64,000 nt of DNA from Octopus sinensis (Eukaryota): contig NC_042997.1 of assembly GCF_006345805.1 (NCBI RefSeq), positions 147,188,001 to 147,252,000 on the forward strand. Reading direction: 5' to 3'. Position 1 is the first letter of the stretch. Each line of letters begins with the position of its first letter. Positions 12,741-26,200 of this stretch are shown here, in pieces. The notes under the pieces are model-generated. The model searched no databases, was not told the origin of the DNA, and worked only from the letters and a program-made list of their open reading frames with translations. The position numbers and the translations under genes were made by a program.

Positions 12741-14050
12741 TCCATACAGATGTAAACACAGAATTGTATATGACCATAGAGATGTTTATACTCTTTAAGC
12801 TGTATTGTCATACACGAGTATACATACATTCATGGACACTTGTAAAAACAGAAATATACGCAAAGAATTACATTGAAACTCATTCATAAATGTACCTATA
12901 TATGTGTGTACAGATATAATAAGTGTAACTATGTTAATAACACGCACACTTTCACAGTTTCTGAAACAGACACATTTACTGCTTCACACACATATAATTT
13001 GAAAAACCACTTAGAATTGAGAGTAACTATAAATTCTTTCTATGACTCAATAACAGTAAATCATAGCTTATATTAGACATACATTCCAGAGAAACTAACG
13101 AGTGGCTGAATATAATGGGAGCGGGGCGTGGAAGCCTTAAAGTAAAGATATTCGAGTGAGAAAGATGGAGATGGAGAGAATAAGGTTAAGAAGGAATTAA
13201 CTAGTTACTACTGTTAGATAGAAAATTGTGAATGAGGAAGAGAAAAACAAAGCGAGATGGGAATTAAGAGGGGGGGGGGAAGAAGACGACGATGGCGACG
13301 AAGAAGGAGCGTGAAGAAAATGTGCTGTAATTCTCAAGTATTTGCATCCAAGGATATATGAGGGAATCCATTATTTATCATGTGATATTTTGGAATAGTC
13401 ACAAGCCCGTGTTTTAATTTCAGCGTAAGTGGATTAAATGGTTTTTCAATATTTAATTTGCAAGGGGGGGGGGGATCGATGTCATGCTAGCTATCGTTGG
13501 AGCACGTGGGAGCAAAACACCGAGTTCAAATCCCGCTGGAGGTCAATTTCAGTTTCAATTGCCCCTGGGTTTCGATAAAATAGCATAGAACTCCTGTAGA
13601 TGTTACTAGATTATATTCTTACAACGCAAATCAAAATTTGATTTGAAGAGGAGGTTGACTAGCCGAATTGTTAGAGTATTGGGAACAATATCTTACAATA
13701 ATTGGCTGTGTGTTCGTATCACACCGAGGTCAACCTGGATCGATAAAATAAATTACTCAAGTACGGTCGTCATTTATAATCAATCTTCCGGTTTTTTACG
13801 CTCTCAGTTCAAATTCCGCCGAGGTCGACTTTACATATCATCCTTCTGGGGTCGATTACCAGTTGAGTACTGGGCTCATTACAATCGACTAACTCTTCCT
13901 CTAGAAATTATCGGCCGTGTTTCCAAATTAGTATTATTTCCAGTAAGGTGTATTTTTCACTCAAAATTTTGACGGCTGCGTGTAAATATAAAATATTTTC
14001 AACGCTCTCACATGTGTGTGCATGTGTATGTGCGTGTGTGTGCGTATGTG

Positions 14051-14088
<38 letters not shown>

Positions 14089-14569
14089 TGTGTGTGTGTT
14101 TGTGTAAACTGGAGGAATTGTAAGACTGTCGACCAAAATGTGTTGTAGTATTTGTCTTGGTTCTTTGTATACATTGCTCAAATGTCGTGTAAGTCAACAG
14201 TGCTTTCCATTCTCGCGAAAACAATAAATACCAGGCCAGAGCGGAGAGTGAGAGTAATTTCTAGAACGTTGGATAAAATGCTTTATTTTGTTTGTTCCGA
14301 CTGCATCCGTTCTGTGTTCCCAGGAATGTTTAGCAAACTTGTTCACACCTCGTTGACAAGTTGATGTCTAGTGAAAAAAATTCAAATGAAGACAAAGACA
14401 AAACAATTTTTCTATTCCTTTCAAGAAAATTCCATAACAATCACTGAGTTTATTAACGAAGCCATGCAAGAGCCTAAGCCTTAAAAAAAAATTTTTTATT
14501 GGATTCTCGTTGCTTCGACGAATGAGGATTCAGCAGGGGATCAACTGTAGTGTTCTTAGTTTGATATTT

Positions 14570-14850
14570 TACCGTTTCGTCTCATGTGGGAATTCAAGAA
14601 TCCGAGAGATCCTACTGCACACATTGCAATAGAAGATCATGCCATTTAGAAGAAGATTGGTCTCGGCTCTATGTTGGGCCCTTTTCTCCTTCAGAGTATT
14701 GGTATCGTTGCACCAGTATCGGACGTTGTCTGGTAGCAAGAGCTTGCCCATTATCTTCTATTTTGTAGTTCCGATCCCCACGTCTCCAAGTTTATCTTGC
14801 AGGCCTTGCCTTCAAATATTTCTTTATATCAAGCAGATAGAATACTGAAA
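14570..14850 (-). mobile_element. Decayed 3' end of an RTE-clade LINE ORF
   Basis: Minus-strand peptides KACKINLETWGSELQNRR*W, then EKRAQHRA...FYCNVCSR and NSHMRR, match the RTE C-terminus (CxI..WE..A.DR..W; KR..RK; CxxC..SRIGLxSH). Confidence 0.7.
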
Positions 14851-14989
14851 CATATCTTTCTAAATGAGTATTTACTTTTAAAATTAATTCAATGATTTTT
14901 TATGACATTTAGAGCCATATTAAACTAATTTGATGCTCGTAGGAAGAAAATGGTAAGAAAGGAAACTCCCGAGATTTACAGTTATGTGG

Positions 14990-15325
14990 AGGAACTTAAT
15001 GTACTGCTTGGTAAATGGGCCCAGTAATGTTTAGGGGGAATGAAGAGGGAGATGAAGTGGAATGAGGGAAAAATTGGGGAACCTCGATTCGTGGGAGTAG
15101 AAGTCATTGTTAGCAGGAGAGACAGATGTTGTTTGTTTCTGACTGAAATATTGCTGACTCGTTCCACAACATTTCCTTGGACGTTGGCTAGCACTGGAGT
15201 TGCAGCACAGACCAACTCACCTGACAAATCAGTTTTTTACGCTGTGATGACAGAGTAAAAGATTACTTTACAAGTGAAGTTCCCCAACATCTCCCGTCAA
15301 ACCGCCACAAAAACTAGACTGTTGG
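14990..15325 (-). mobile_element. Possible decayed Penelope-like GIY-YIG endonuclease fragment
   Basis: Minus-strand NFTCKVIFYSVI resembles the FTC..SN.IYCI motif preceding YIG(E/Q)T; heavily mutated; adjacent to a fold-back repeat. Confidence 0.35.
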
Positions 15326-15329
15326 TGTG

Positions 15330-15454
15330 TAATATATGTATATAATTTAGCGAAAACCTCTATTAAACAATTCAATAAAGAAAGATGTTATTCACACCAT
15401 ACAGAAAACATATACTATAATAGAGGTTTTTCTCTAAATTATATACATATATTA
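15330..15454. repeat. Inverted repeat, 36/37-bp arms, ~52-bp spacer
   Basis: TAATATATGTATATAATTTAGCGAAAACCTCTATTA (15330-15365) versus TAATAGAGGTTTTTCTCTAAATTATATACATATATTA (15418-15454). Confidence 0.9.
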
Positions 15455-15659
15455 TATATTGTGAAGTTTGATTTAAAATTGTTAAATTGAATTTTTCCCT
15501 GTAAGTTTTGGAATTATATTCCCTACTATTATATATATATATATAATATAATAATATATATATATATATATATATAGATATATGTACACATATATATATG
15601 GTGTATGTATATATATATATATATATATATAATATACATCTATATTTTATATATATATT

Positions 15660-15697
<38 letters not shown>

Positions 15698-15755
15698 ATA
15701 TATTTATATATATATATATTATATATATATTTATATATTTATTATAATATATATA

Positions 15756-15850
<95 letters not shown>

Positions 15851-16829
15851 GGATAATCGAAATTCTTCCCTTTTGTTACTATATATATACATATATATGC
15901 ATGCATACTTACATACGTACATACGTATGTGTGTGGGTGCGGTGTGTATCTTGTATTTTTTACTTCACTCATTCGACCGTAGCTATGCTGGGGCACCCCC
16001 TTGAAGTGTTAGTCGAGCATATCGATCTCAGTACTTATGTTTTTCAAGCTTAGTACTTATTCGATCTGTTTATGTTCCCGTAACTGGTAAGTTACGGGCA
16101 CATAAACACAGTAGCAACGGCTGTCAAGCAGTGGTGTCACAAATTCATACGCAAAAACGAGCATGCGCGCACGCACACACGTACGATGAGCTTTATTCAG
16201 CTTTCGTGCATCAAATTCATCACAATCCTTTGGTCGGCCCGGGATTAGAGTAGAGGACACTTCCCCTAGATGTCATGCAATACGACTGATTCAAGAATCA
16301 CGTGGTTGGGAGGTAAACCTCTTTCGACAAAGCCACTGTTTGCTTTGAACAGAACTTATTAGTAATGAGTGAGAACATGCCTGTATAATTAAGAAGTTCG
16401 CTTCATAACTACGAGGTTTCACCTTCGATCCCTCTGCATGGCACATACAACAAATGTTTTCTACCATGCCTCGTATCCAAGAGACACTATGTATGAAATT
16501 CAGTAGTTTGACATTTCCTAGAAGGCTATCATCGAAGTGAAGGACGGATGTTGTTCATATGTGGCAGATGTAATCTATCAGTCGGTTTAACGCCACTGCC
16601 AGATCCGTAGATGCTCTTTAGCACCGACAATGAAAACTGAGCAGATGATACCTGGTGATGATGATTGAGATGGTGATAGTGGTGGATAATTGTGGCAATT
16701 ATAATGATGATAATGATGATAAGGATAATAACGATGATGATAAAGGTATTGATGATATTTCGTCGTTGGCATTAACTCGTATCTGAATAGTAGATCTACA
16801 GCCAGTGATTGAGCCTCATCATCCTGATG

Positions 16830-17220
16830 GGTGTGAAAGGTGCTGAAGCCTGAGGTGGCTGTTCAAGCCAAGAACAGTGGAGGGCATTTATTGTAAGGGA
16901 GAGTTAGTGGGGGACAATGAAGTGCAAGTTTCTCTTTGTGTCTTGGGCGTCTGATCTCTGGCCCTTTTCCATCAGGTCTGTTCCTCGACAATATTTAAGG
17001 GAAACAAAGAAACAGGTTCTTAAAATGAATTCTTAAGTGGGAACATGAGCGCAGGCAAGTTCAAAAGTCTAGAAATCATTCAAAGTCGCAGGAGTTGTGT
17101 TATAAGTGCCTGGGTCAGATAGTTGAGCCGGGGTAACATACTAGCCTCCCTTCACAAAAACCCTGATTTCTTGAAGACTGGTTACGGCATCTGCTTTACT
17201 TTCCTGGCAATCATTTCAAA
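16830..17220 (-). mobile_element. Decayed 3' end of an RTE-clade LINE
   Basis: Minus-strand VLGLNSHLRLQH and upstream FK...VSLKYC remnants. Confidence 0.5.
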
Positions 17221-17580
17221 AACGTGAACAAGAAAAAACAAAACAAAAAAAAAAACAAAATAACACGGCAACCAAAATACATCGTACGTCTGAAAAGGGA
17301 ATGGAAACTCAATAAGATGGTTCCGTTTGGTCTGGCTGTATGTCTGTCGGTAGGTTGGACTTGTAATAGGACTTTAACACATCACATTCTCTAGTGCAAA
17401 TGGATGCTGAGATTTATAAGTCAATAAAAATTGAAGTACAGCAATCTCAGCAATCAAACTGCATTCATATTCTACGTAACAACATCTTGGGCGTTTGGGT
17501 GTGTATATATGTGTGTGCATATGTATGTGTGCGTGTGCATGTACGTGTGAGTATATATATATATATATACCCACAAACAT

Positions 17581-17617
<37 letters not shown>

Positions 17618-18004
17618 CATACACTCATATACGTGTCAAAACCGTTATGATTAAAGTCCACAGAGCTTATCAACATAGAGATATACAGATGTTTGAAAGC
17701 AAGAAAGAAAGAAAGAAGAAAAGAACGAAATTGTATGTTATCAGCCGCTTACACTGAATGAAGAAATCATAAATGGAATATTCCTAGGGAGTTAAAGACA
17801 TTAGCTTGTTGAATATAATTCTAAAATTATATTATTTATGAAGTATATAGGCTTATATATCTACACCACTTGTAATTTATTTCTCTCTCTAAACAGATAT
17901 TAACAGTTTTTACTCCCGCTTCTTCCACGATGTGTTTGTGTGGAGTGGTAGATTTAGATAATAGATGTTTACACAAATAAAATGAACTCTCATCTGTTTG
18001 TCTG

Positions 18005-18111
<107 letters not shown>

Positions 18112-18375
18112 GTCGAGCTGTCTGACTAACAACAAATATACTTATATGCATAGATGTAAGCATGTTTAAATTTACACGTAAATAATTATAGATATGAACA
18201 CGTGCATGTATGTGCTGAGTGTATACGCATATATTCGCACATTTGCACATGCAAACACGTTCAAACACATGCACACACGCAGACACACACACACATATAT
18301 ATAGATGTGTGTGTATGAATATATATACATGAATATCTATGTATGTTAGCCACTTACACGATACACATTCATACA

Positions 18376-18411
<36 letters not shown>

Positions 18412-18616
18412 AGATAACGGTGTTATTGAGACCCAAAGGTGTCAGGTAATGCTGAATAAGTGCTATAGACAGACTAAATTAAGTTTCAGATTCAGTAATA
18501 TTGCGAATAAAGGGTTCAACTTTGGTTCTATGCCAGCATGTGTATATAAGAATTTTTTGCGTAATAAGATAAAAAAACCAAAGCTGTATAGATATTAGAG
18601 CATTTATAGATAGAAG

Positions 18617-18668
18617 GTCTTACAGCTGTTTCTAGGATATTAATTACTAATATACCTTCATCGGAGAC
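18617..18668 (-). ncRNA. Minimal type I hammerhead ribozyme-like motif
   Basis: Minus strand: GUCU-CCGAUGA-AGGUAUAUUA-GUAAU-UAAUAUCCU-A-GAAA-CAGCUG-UA-AGAC; 4-bp stem I, long stem II, palindromic stem III; U4C core change. Confidence 0.6.
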
Positions 18669-18997
18669 GGTGTGAGAAGAAAAGTTAAATCATAGTTAGT
18701 TTCGATATGATACAAATAAAGAGTGAGGTGGAGGAAAGAAAATAATAGATGTAAGATATGTATGGGTATTGAATTTGTAAATCCGTTTTATCGGCATAAT
18801 GGTATATATGCAAAATTCCAATATCCTTTGAGTAAAATCCAAAAGTACAATGGAGTTTAATATGATTCCATCCAAATGTAAAGTTTATAAGCAATGTAAG
18901 ATTCTCTTAAACTTGGTTATTCCCAGTAGGGAATATATATATATATATATATATATATAGAACAGAAAGTTGGTTTGTGAAAGCACGTGGTTGAATA

Positions 18998-19199
18998 TAT
19001 AGAAAATAGTAAAAAGTGAAAAAACTACAGAAGGCTTGTTTTAAAAGGTTAAAATAAAAAATTATAAATTTTTTTTCTTACAATGACATAATTGTAAGAA
19101 AAAAATTTATAATATTCTTCAGACATATTGACTTAAATATATATTCTTTAACCTTTTAAAACAAGCCTTCTGTAGTTTTTTCACTTTTTACTATTTTCT

Positions 19200-19202
<3 letters not shown>
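18998..19202. repeat. Perfect 56-bp inverted repeat with 93-bp spacer
   Basis: 18998-19053 is the exact reverse complement of 19147-19202. Confidence 0.95.
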
Positions 19203-19258
<56 letters not shown>

Positions 19259-19381
19259 TACACAGACATACATGTATACATAAAAGATGCATATATATAT
19301 ATAAGTATATACACATATATATATACATACATATATAAATATATATATATACATATATAAATAAATATATGTATGCATATA

Positions 19382-20643
19382 CAGGGTGGGGAAGCAAAAT
19401 TTACAATATTTTGAGGCAGGGATTGAAAGACAGTGTATGACCAATTAGTTTATTGAAAGTCATGAGAATTTATTTGCCACAAGAATATTTACATAATAGA
19501 AAATGTTTTTATTCTCTGTGTCCTCCTCCTTTCTCAATAACTGCCTTCACACGTTTCTTGAAACTTTCACAAGTGTTCCTCAAATATTCGAGAGACAACT
19601 TCTCCCATTCTTCTTTAATAGTATATTTAAGAAATTCGATATTGCTGTGTGATGTTCTATTGTTAGCGTGTTCTAAAACGCCCCAAATAGCATAATCCAG
19701 AGGGTTTACAGCTGGGTTAGAAGGCGGCCATAAACATGATTCCAAAATGTTGCTAAAGCTGGATTTGCAGGAATCTTGTAATTTCCTAGCTGTGTTCATC
19801 CTGTGTTCATATATAATTACCATCTGGGTAGTTTGCTTTAAGCCATGGCAATATCTGGTATCTCAGATTCTTGTAGTAAGTATTAACATTGATCTTTTCA
19901 TCAGCTTTGTAGAATTTTATAGGCATTTTCTTTCCATCGGAAGCCACAACACCAAAAGCCATAACTTGAGCAGGATGTTTTGTTTTGAATGTCCCCTTAA
20001 CCTCAGTTGTCAATTTTGCGATAAATCTGCGGTTCAGAACAGCATCGACAGTGAAGATCTTTCCTCTGAAAAGATCGTTACAATGGAGGATTTTTTCTTG
20101 AATCATGTAATAATTTTCTTGCACCTTTCCAATCTCTTTTCCTTCATAGCTGTTGTCAACGAGTGTTTTGCTGTTCTTGTGTAAGATTTTAACCTCAAAT
20201 CATAATTTACTGCATTTTTAATGGTCTTGTTGTCTACCTCAAGTTCAATTGCCATTTTTCTTATAGATTTGGTTGGATCCTTTAGGATTTTGGATTTGAG
20301 AGCTTTAATAAAAGCTTTGTTGGGTTTTCTGTTGATTCATCCACTTCCAGACTTCCCTCGTAATAGTTTTGCTCATAGTCATTCTATTCTTTACATTATA
20401 AACAGTCTTTATGGAGACTCCAACTATTCTTGAAATCTCCTTTCGTGTGACGAATGCATCAGCAAATCACACACTCTTTGACGTTTGCTTTCCTGATTAC
20501 TCATATGGACAAACGTTTCTGAAAACGTAAGGATAATAGTTTTAGGTATGGCTATGACATCAATATATTTCAAAACAATTGACTTAGTGCCTGCTAAAAC
20601 AGGACAACTTAACTTTCATTGTAAATTTTGCTTGTCCACCCTG
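19382..20643 (-). mobile_element. Full-length decayed Tc1/mariner DNA transposon (maT/DD37D-like)
   Basis: 26-bp TIRs CAGGGTGG(GG/AC)AAGCAAAATTTACAAT (24/26 identical), TA duplication on both sides, 1262 bp. Confidence 0.95.
19509..20504 (-). pseudogene. Tc1/mariner transposase pseudogene
   Basis: ATG at 20504 (MSNQESKRQRVCDLL); KHPAQVMAFGVVASDG; WPPSNPAVNPLDYAIWGVLE; KRVKAVIEKGGGH; multiple frameshifts, and SPDLNP mutated to NPAVNP. Confidence 0.9.
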
Positions 20644-20738
20644 TATATATAAATATATATACACACATATATATATATACATCTATTTATATATACATAC
20701 ACATATGCATATATATATATATGCATATCTATATATGC

Positions 20739-20782
<44 letters not shown>

Positions 20783-21216
20783 TTTACATATATATACATA
20801 TTATACATACACACCTATATACATATACATGTATATACATATATGCATATACATATATACATATATATAGCATACATATATATATATATATATATATTCA
20901 TATATATATATATTCATATATATATAATATACATACAAATATATACATATATAATATATACATATATATATATAATATTTCATATATATATATATATTCA
21001 TATTATATAGATTCATATATATAATTTCCATACAATATATACATATATATATATACTATATATGTATATAATACAAGCATATATATATGCATACATATAT
21101 ATATATTCATATATATATAATATACATACAAATATATACATATATATATATATAAATACATATATATATGTATATATATACAAGCATATATATGCATACA
21201 TATATATATTATATAC

Positions 21217-21274
<58 letters not shown>

Positions 21275-21344
21275 CTATATATATACTATATATATATATA
21301 CTATATATATATATATATACATACATATACATATATATATATAA

Positions 21345-21392
<48 letters not shown>

Positions 21393-21526
21393 TATATACA
21401 TACGTATATGCATATAAACATTACGTACATATATAGACATACGTATATATTTATACATGTATATAAATATATACATTAACATACACATATATATACATAT
21501 ATTTATACCTGCATATATATAGATAG

Positions 21527-21562
<36 letters not shown>

Positions 21563-21942
21563 TCATACGTATATATACATACCTGTATATACATACGTAT
21601 ATACACACATATATCTACATACATATATACATGCACATATATATGCATATATATACATACGTGTATACACACATATATACATGTATATATACATATATAT
21701 GCATACATATTAGTATACATATATATATATATATAGACATATATGTACATATATATATATATATATAAACATATACATGCATATATACATAGATACTTAG
21801 ATACATATATGTATATACATATACATACATATATATACATAATACACATACATATACATGTATATAAATATACATATTTACATATATATATATACATACA
21901 TATATATATTACATATACACACACACACACTCACACACACAC

Positions 21943-22010
<68 letters not shown>
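20644..22010. repeat. ~1.4-kb degenerate (TA)n/(TACA)n tract
   Basis: Direct inspection. Confidence 0.97.
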
Positions 22011-22029
22011 CTATATTAAATATAGTTAA

Positions 22030-22520
22030 TCCAAACTGAAAACTAACTAAGAGAAAATGCAACAACGCGAGGACGTGGAATATGTATAGAAAGGGAAGAA
22101 AGAAGGAGGATTTAACGTTTCGAGCGGAGCTCTTCGTCAGAAACATAGAAAATGGAAAAATTCAAGGAAGGGACGACGGAGGAAAAAAACCGTGAACGAT
22201 ACTCACGCGGTCACATACTGAATGACCGGAAGGGAAAGTGGTGAAGAAAAAGTTCTCTCAAAGACAGGAGAGTGCAAGAGAAGGAAGTATGTGTGTGTAT
22301 GTGTGGTTTTGTGCGTGCGCGCTGGTCTGTGTTAATGTATGTAATGTTAGCATGTGTTTCTGTGTGTGTGGCTGTGGCTGTTAATCTGTGTGTGCTTGCG
22401 CTTAGTATAGTTTAAGGTCATAGGAAGAATTTATACTAGGAGTGGCTCGTGTTGTGTCTCTACCTACACATGTGCGTAGGAGAATGGTCAGTGGAAGGTA
22501 CTGGTTGTTTGAAGTATGTG
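22030..22520 (-). mobile_element. Penelope-like element terminal-repeat remnant containing a hammerhead motif
   Basis: Contains the minus-strand CTGACGAAGAGCTCCGCTCGAAACGTT signature; bounded by TA/TG microsatellites. Confidence 0.55.
22110..22144 (-). ncRNA. Minimal type I hammerhead ribozyme motif, intact core
   Basis: Minus strand: GUUU-CUGACGA-A-GAGC-UCC-GCUC-GAAA-CGUU-AAAU. Confidence 0.7.
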
Positions 22521-23053
22521 TGTGTGCGTGTATGTATATGTAGTGTGTGTGTGTGGGGAATAACTTTGTTCTACTTTGTGTATGTGTGCGTGTGTGCTTG
22601 TATATGCATATATATATATTTATACATATATATACATACATATATGTACATGCATATGTATACATATATATACGTATATATACATATGTATATACACAAT
22701 TATATACATATATATATATATATACATATATATACGCACACATATATATAAACATATATATACATATATATATATAGAGAGAAAATATATTTTAGATTTT
22801 GTATCTTTTCATTTGTCTTGCTCGCTTACGTTCTGGCGTTTGCTAATTTTTGTTGAGAACAATCCTTTCTTATGGGTAAGACAACAGAGGGTCTACTTCT
22901 AGCATAATGGATGTCCACTTAGTGGTCATCCCTATTATATGTATATAATATAACTTTTGTGAATCTTCAGATTTTTCAATATGCTAGACCACTGGTTTTA
23001 AATTGATATTAATCAAATTAATATTCAATTTCTCACCCTTATTATTTTAAATT

Positions 23054-23107
<54 letters not shown>

Positions 23108-23916
23108 TTCACTCATATTTTTCGCTGAGTATACTGATAAAATGCAAATGGAAATATATTCATACAATCAAGGAGAATGGAAAAGTAGAAGTAGAAGAAG
23201 AAGACGAAGAAGACGAAGAAGAAGAAGGATGAGGAGAGGAAGATGAAGGGGAGGAAGAAGAAGAAGAGGAAGAGAGAGGATGAGAACGAGTATTGTAAAG
23301 ATGTCGAGAGATTTGATAACATAATAACCTGCAGATTATTTTCTCATCTCTTATTACTGATATATTCATGGAGTTCATTAGAAATTGTGATCGATATAAA
23401 ATATTTTAAGCATTGAATGACTCTACAAGTATTTCTCTGTGTCTATTCAATTTTTTATTTGATTTCTGATTTTCTGGTTGTAGCGTTCTTCTCTCTTTGG
23501 CCCCCCTGTCTCTATCTGTTTCTCTCTTTCTCTCTCACTAAGTATGGACAGGAAATTCTAGATGAAACTTAATATTTTGAAAATAGATTAAATCGATGTA
23601 TCAAGTTTAATTTATCGTGTTAGTATGCCATGTTCTTTCTTCATTTATACAAACTTTTACACACTTTACATTGCAAGAAGGAATATTTTTTATTTTATTC
23701 CTGATGTAAATAGTTGTTTTAATAACATTACATATCTTCTCAGAGTCGTTTCCTGTGTCTTGTTAAAAACAAAAATGTAGTGAACATCAAGGAGTAAGAG
23801 TCGTTGTTGCTTAGCTAGTCCGCACTCAGCGCAGCAGTGATTGTTAAGACCTATGATTATATGTCCTTATTCAGCCGTAAACATCCCATATCTTTATTAA
23901 GATATCTATATTAAGA

Positions 23917-24400
23917 CGGCGAGCTGAGAGAATGGTTAGCACGCCGGACGAATACCTAGCAGTATTTCGTCTGCCGCTACGTTCTGAGTTCAAATTCCGC
24001 CGAGGTCCACTTTGCCTTTCATCCTTTCGGAGTCGATTAAATAAGTACCAGTTACGCACTGGGGTCGATATAATCGTTTGTCTGTTCTTGTTTGTCCTCT
24101 CTGTGTTTAGCCACTTGCAGGTAGTAAAGAAATAGGTATTTCGTCTGCCGTTATGTTCTGAATTCAAATTCCGCCGAGGTCGACTTTGCCTTTCATCCTT
24201 TAGGGGTCTTTGCGTTAATTTTAATGTTTCTATTTCGTATATCTTTACGTTCTGAATTCAAATTCCGCCGTTTTCGACTTTGCCTTTCATCTTTTCGAGG
24301 TTGATAAATTAAGTGCCAGTTGCGTACTGGGCTAGATCTAATCGACTGGCCCCCTCCTCCAAAATTTTAGGTTTTGTACCTAGAGTAGAAAAGAATATTA
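23917..24400 (+). mobile_element. Tandem array of three family-1 SINE units
   Basis: Full unit with tail A (23917-24134), unit starting GGTATTTCG at 24135, third unit with tail B; followed tail-to-tail by a minus copy at ~24405-24620. Confidence 0.9.
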
Positions 24401-24739
24401 ATGATCCTTTCTGCTGTAGGATAAGGACTGAAATTTTGGGTGAGTTGGGTAGCCGATTACATCGATCCCAGTGCTCGACTGGTACTTATTTTATCGACCT
24501 CGAAACGATGAAAAGCGAAGTCGACCTCGAAGATATTTAAATTCAAAACGTAAAGAGCCAGAGGGAATGCTACTCAACATTTTATCCGGCGAGCTAACGA
24601 ACCTGCTATTTCGCTGCTTTAATAATAATATAATAGTGGTTTCTCTTATTTGCCTCCCGGATGACGGAGAACTTCAAAGGCGTATATAAAATGGGGTGTA
24701 TATATATATGTATATATAGAAATTGAAATAATGTTTATC

Positions 24740-26200
24740 ACCACTTAAACATGGCTGTTCCGTTGGAACCGACATCACGGCTGTTTTTAACCCCAGGAGG
24801 ACACCACCTCCAGTTGGACCTCCGACCTACAGGCATGAGCTTTTAGTGGTTCCATCCTCTCTTGCCATTTTTACCCCATTTCAAAATACTCATTTGCATC
24901 CAATATCTTCCTCTCCACATTCACCTTCTTTGTAAAGTGAAATTTGAAGTCAGTAAGAGCTTGACCAAAAGGGACAGTATTTGTTCTTAGACCTTTAAAT
25001 CTCGCTTGTTACTGTCTATTGCAACAACCGACAGAGAGAGGAAAACTACCTTGTAAAAGGGGCTTCAGTGCAATTATCGCGATGGAACCCGAACCGTTCC
25101 ACACATCACACTAGCTATACGGCATAATTTCACAAGTCAGCCACCCTCAGACATTAAACAAGTGCATGTAGAACAGTTTTATCACCCTTTATTTACTTTA
25201 TTTACTTTGGTTCTCACCTTCCTTTATGACTGAGAAGGAAGTGGCGAAAGGCTTGTCTAGAACACTTTTATTGCAGTATTTACTAAACGCTTCAATGCTT
25301 TGATAAATAAAACTTTGAGCAGAAAATGTATGAATCAGTTAATATGAGCAGTGTGCCCGAAGGTATTTTCAGGAGATCGTCAAAGCCTTCCCAATTTGTC
25401 AGAATGTATTTGTCGCTAATTATCTCCTCAGTTGCTCTTTTGAACATCAGAGAAATTAATAAAGTTGGTTTGTGTCTGAGTGTCTGATAAAATTGGTTTG
25501 TATCTGTTGGTCATGTTGTTGATCGAGTGTTTTTGTTTTCCGGATTTCTTGTGACTTTGTGGTGGTAAATATGGTTGTAAGATTTGTCTTTATTGTTGTG
25601 ATAATGATGATGCTGATGATGTTGGTGTTGTTGTTGTTCGTTAGTAATTTTGCGTCGTGGTTTCTATCTCTCCTTTGTGTCTCATTGCCTGCAATTTGGG
25701 GTGACCTTTATTTGTTTGGGTTTGATATTTCTTCTCAATAAAGACCTAAATCTGGAAAGGTTTGCATTTGTTTCGGTGTTTTATTACTTGCGTAAGAGGG
25801 AGAGAGAATCTTTTGATTTTGATGGAGTAGGTAGTAACGGGGGAGGGCCTCGAGCTTTCTCCAGGGTGGGACAGAAAGTTTTAACTTGATCAAAATTTCT
25901 ACACACAAAATGTCTGGGCTTTCTGCTCATCAGCATGTCTTCGCATTCCTGGAAACCGAAAAAAAAAAGAAAAAAACTAAGAATGCTTGCGACTTCCACA
26001 GGAGTGACCAATATCTGGAATACAGTCACAATCCCAGTTCTGTTGAGTTGGGAATGTATGGTAGATTTCATTTCCACAGTCTCCTTTTGTTCTGCAGAGA
26101 TGGCCATGAATTTTGTCAAGTATGTGTGAGCAAGATTTTTTTTGACTCGGATTCAAATTAATCTTCTATCCATATACAAAGGAACCATAATAAAACTCTG
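24740..26200 (-). mobile_element. Highly decayed RTE-type LINE (endonuclease/RT remnants)
   Basis: Scattered minus-strand remnants in LINE ORF2 order (endonuclease-like ~25700-26100, RT-like ~24880-25450); no intact motif. Confidence 0.35.

Noticed and set aside
14575-14845. Minus-strand exon-like segment (TTTCAG...CG|GTAAAA) with a CxxC motif
   Set aside because: Peptides across frames match an RTE LINE C-terminus with stops; TE remnant
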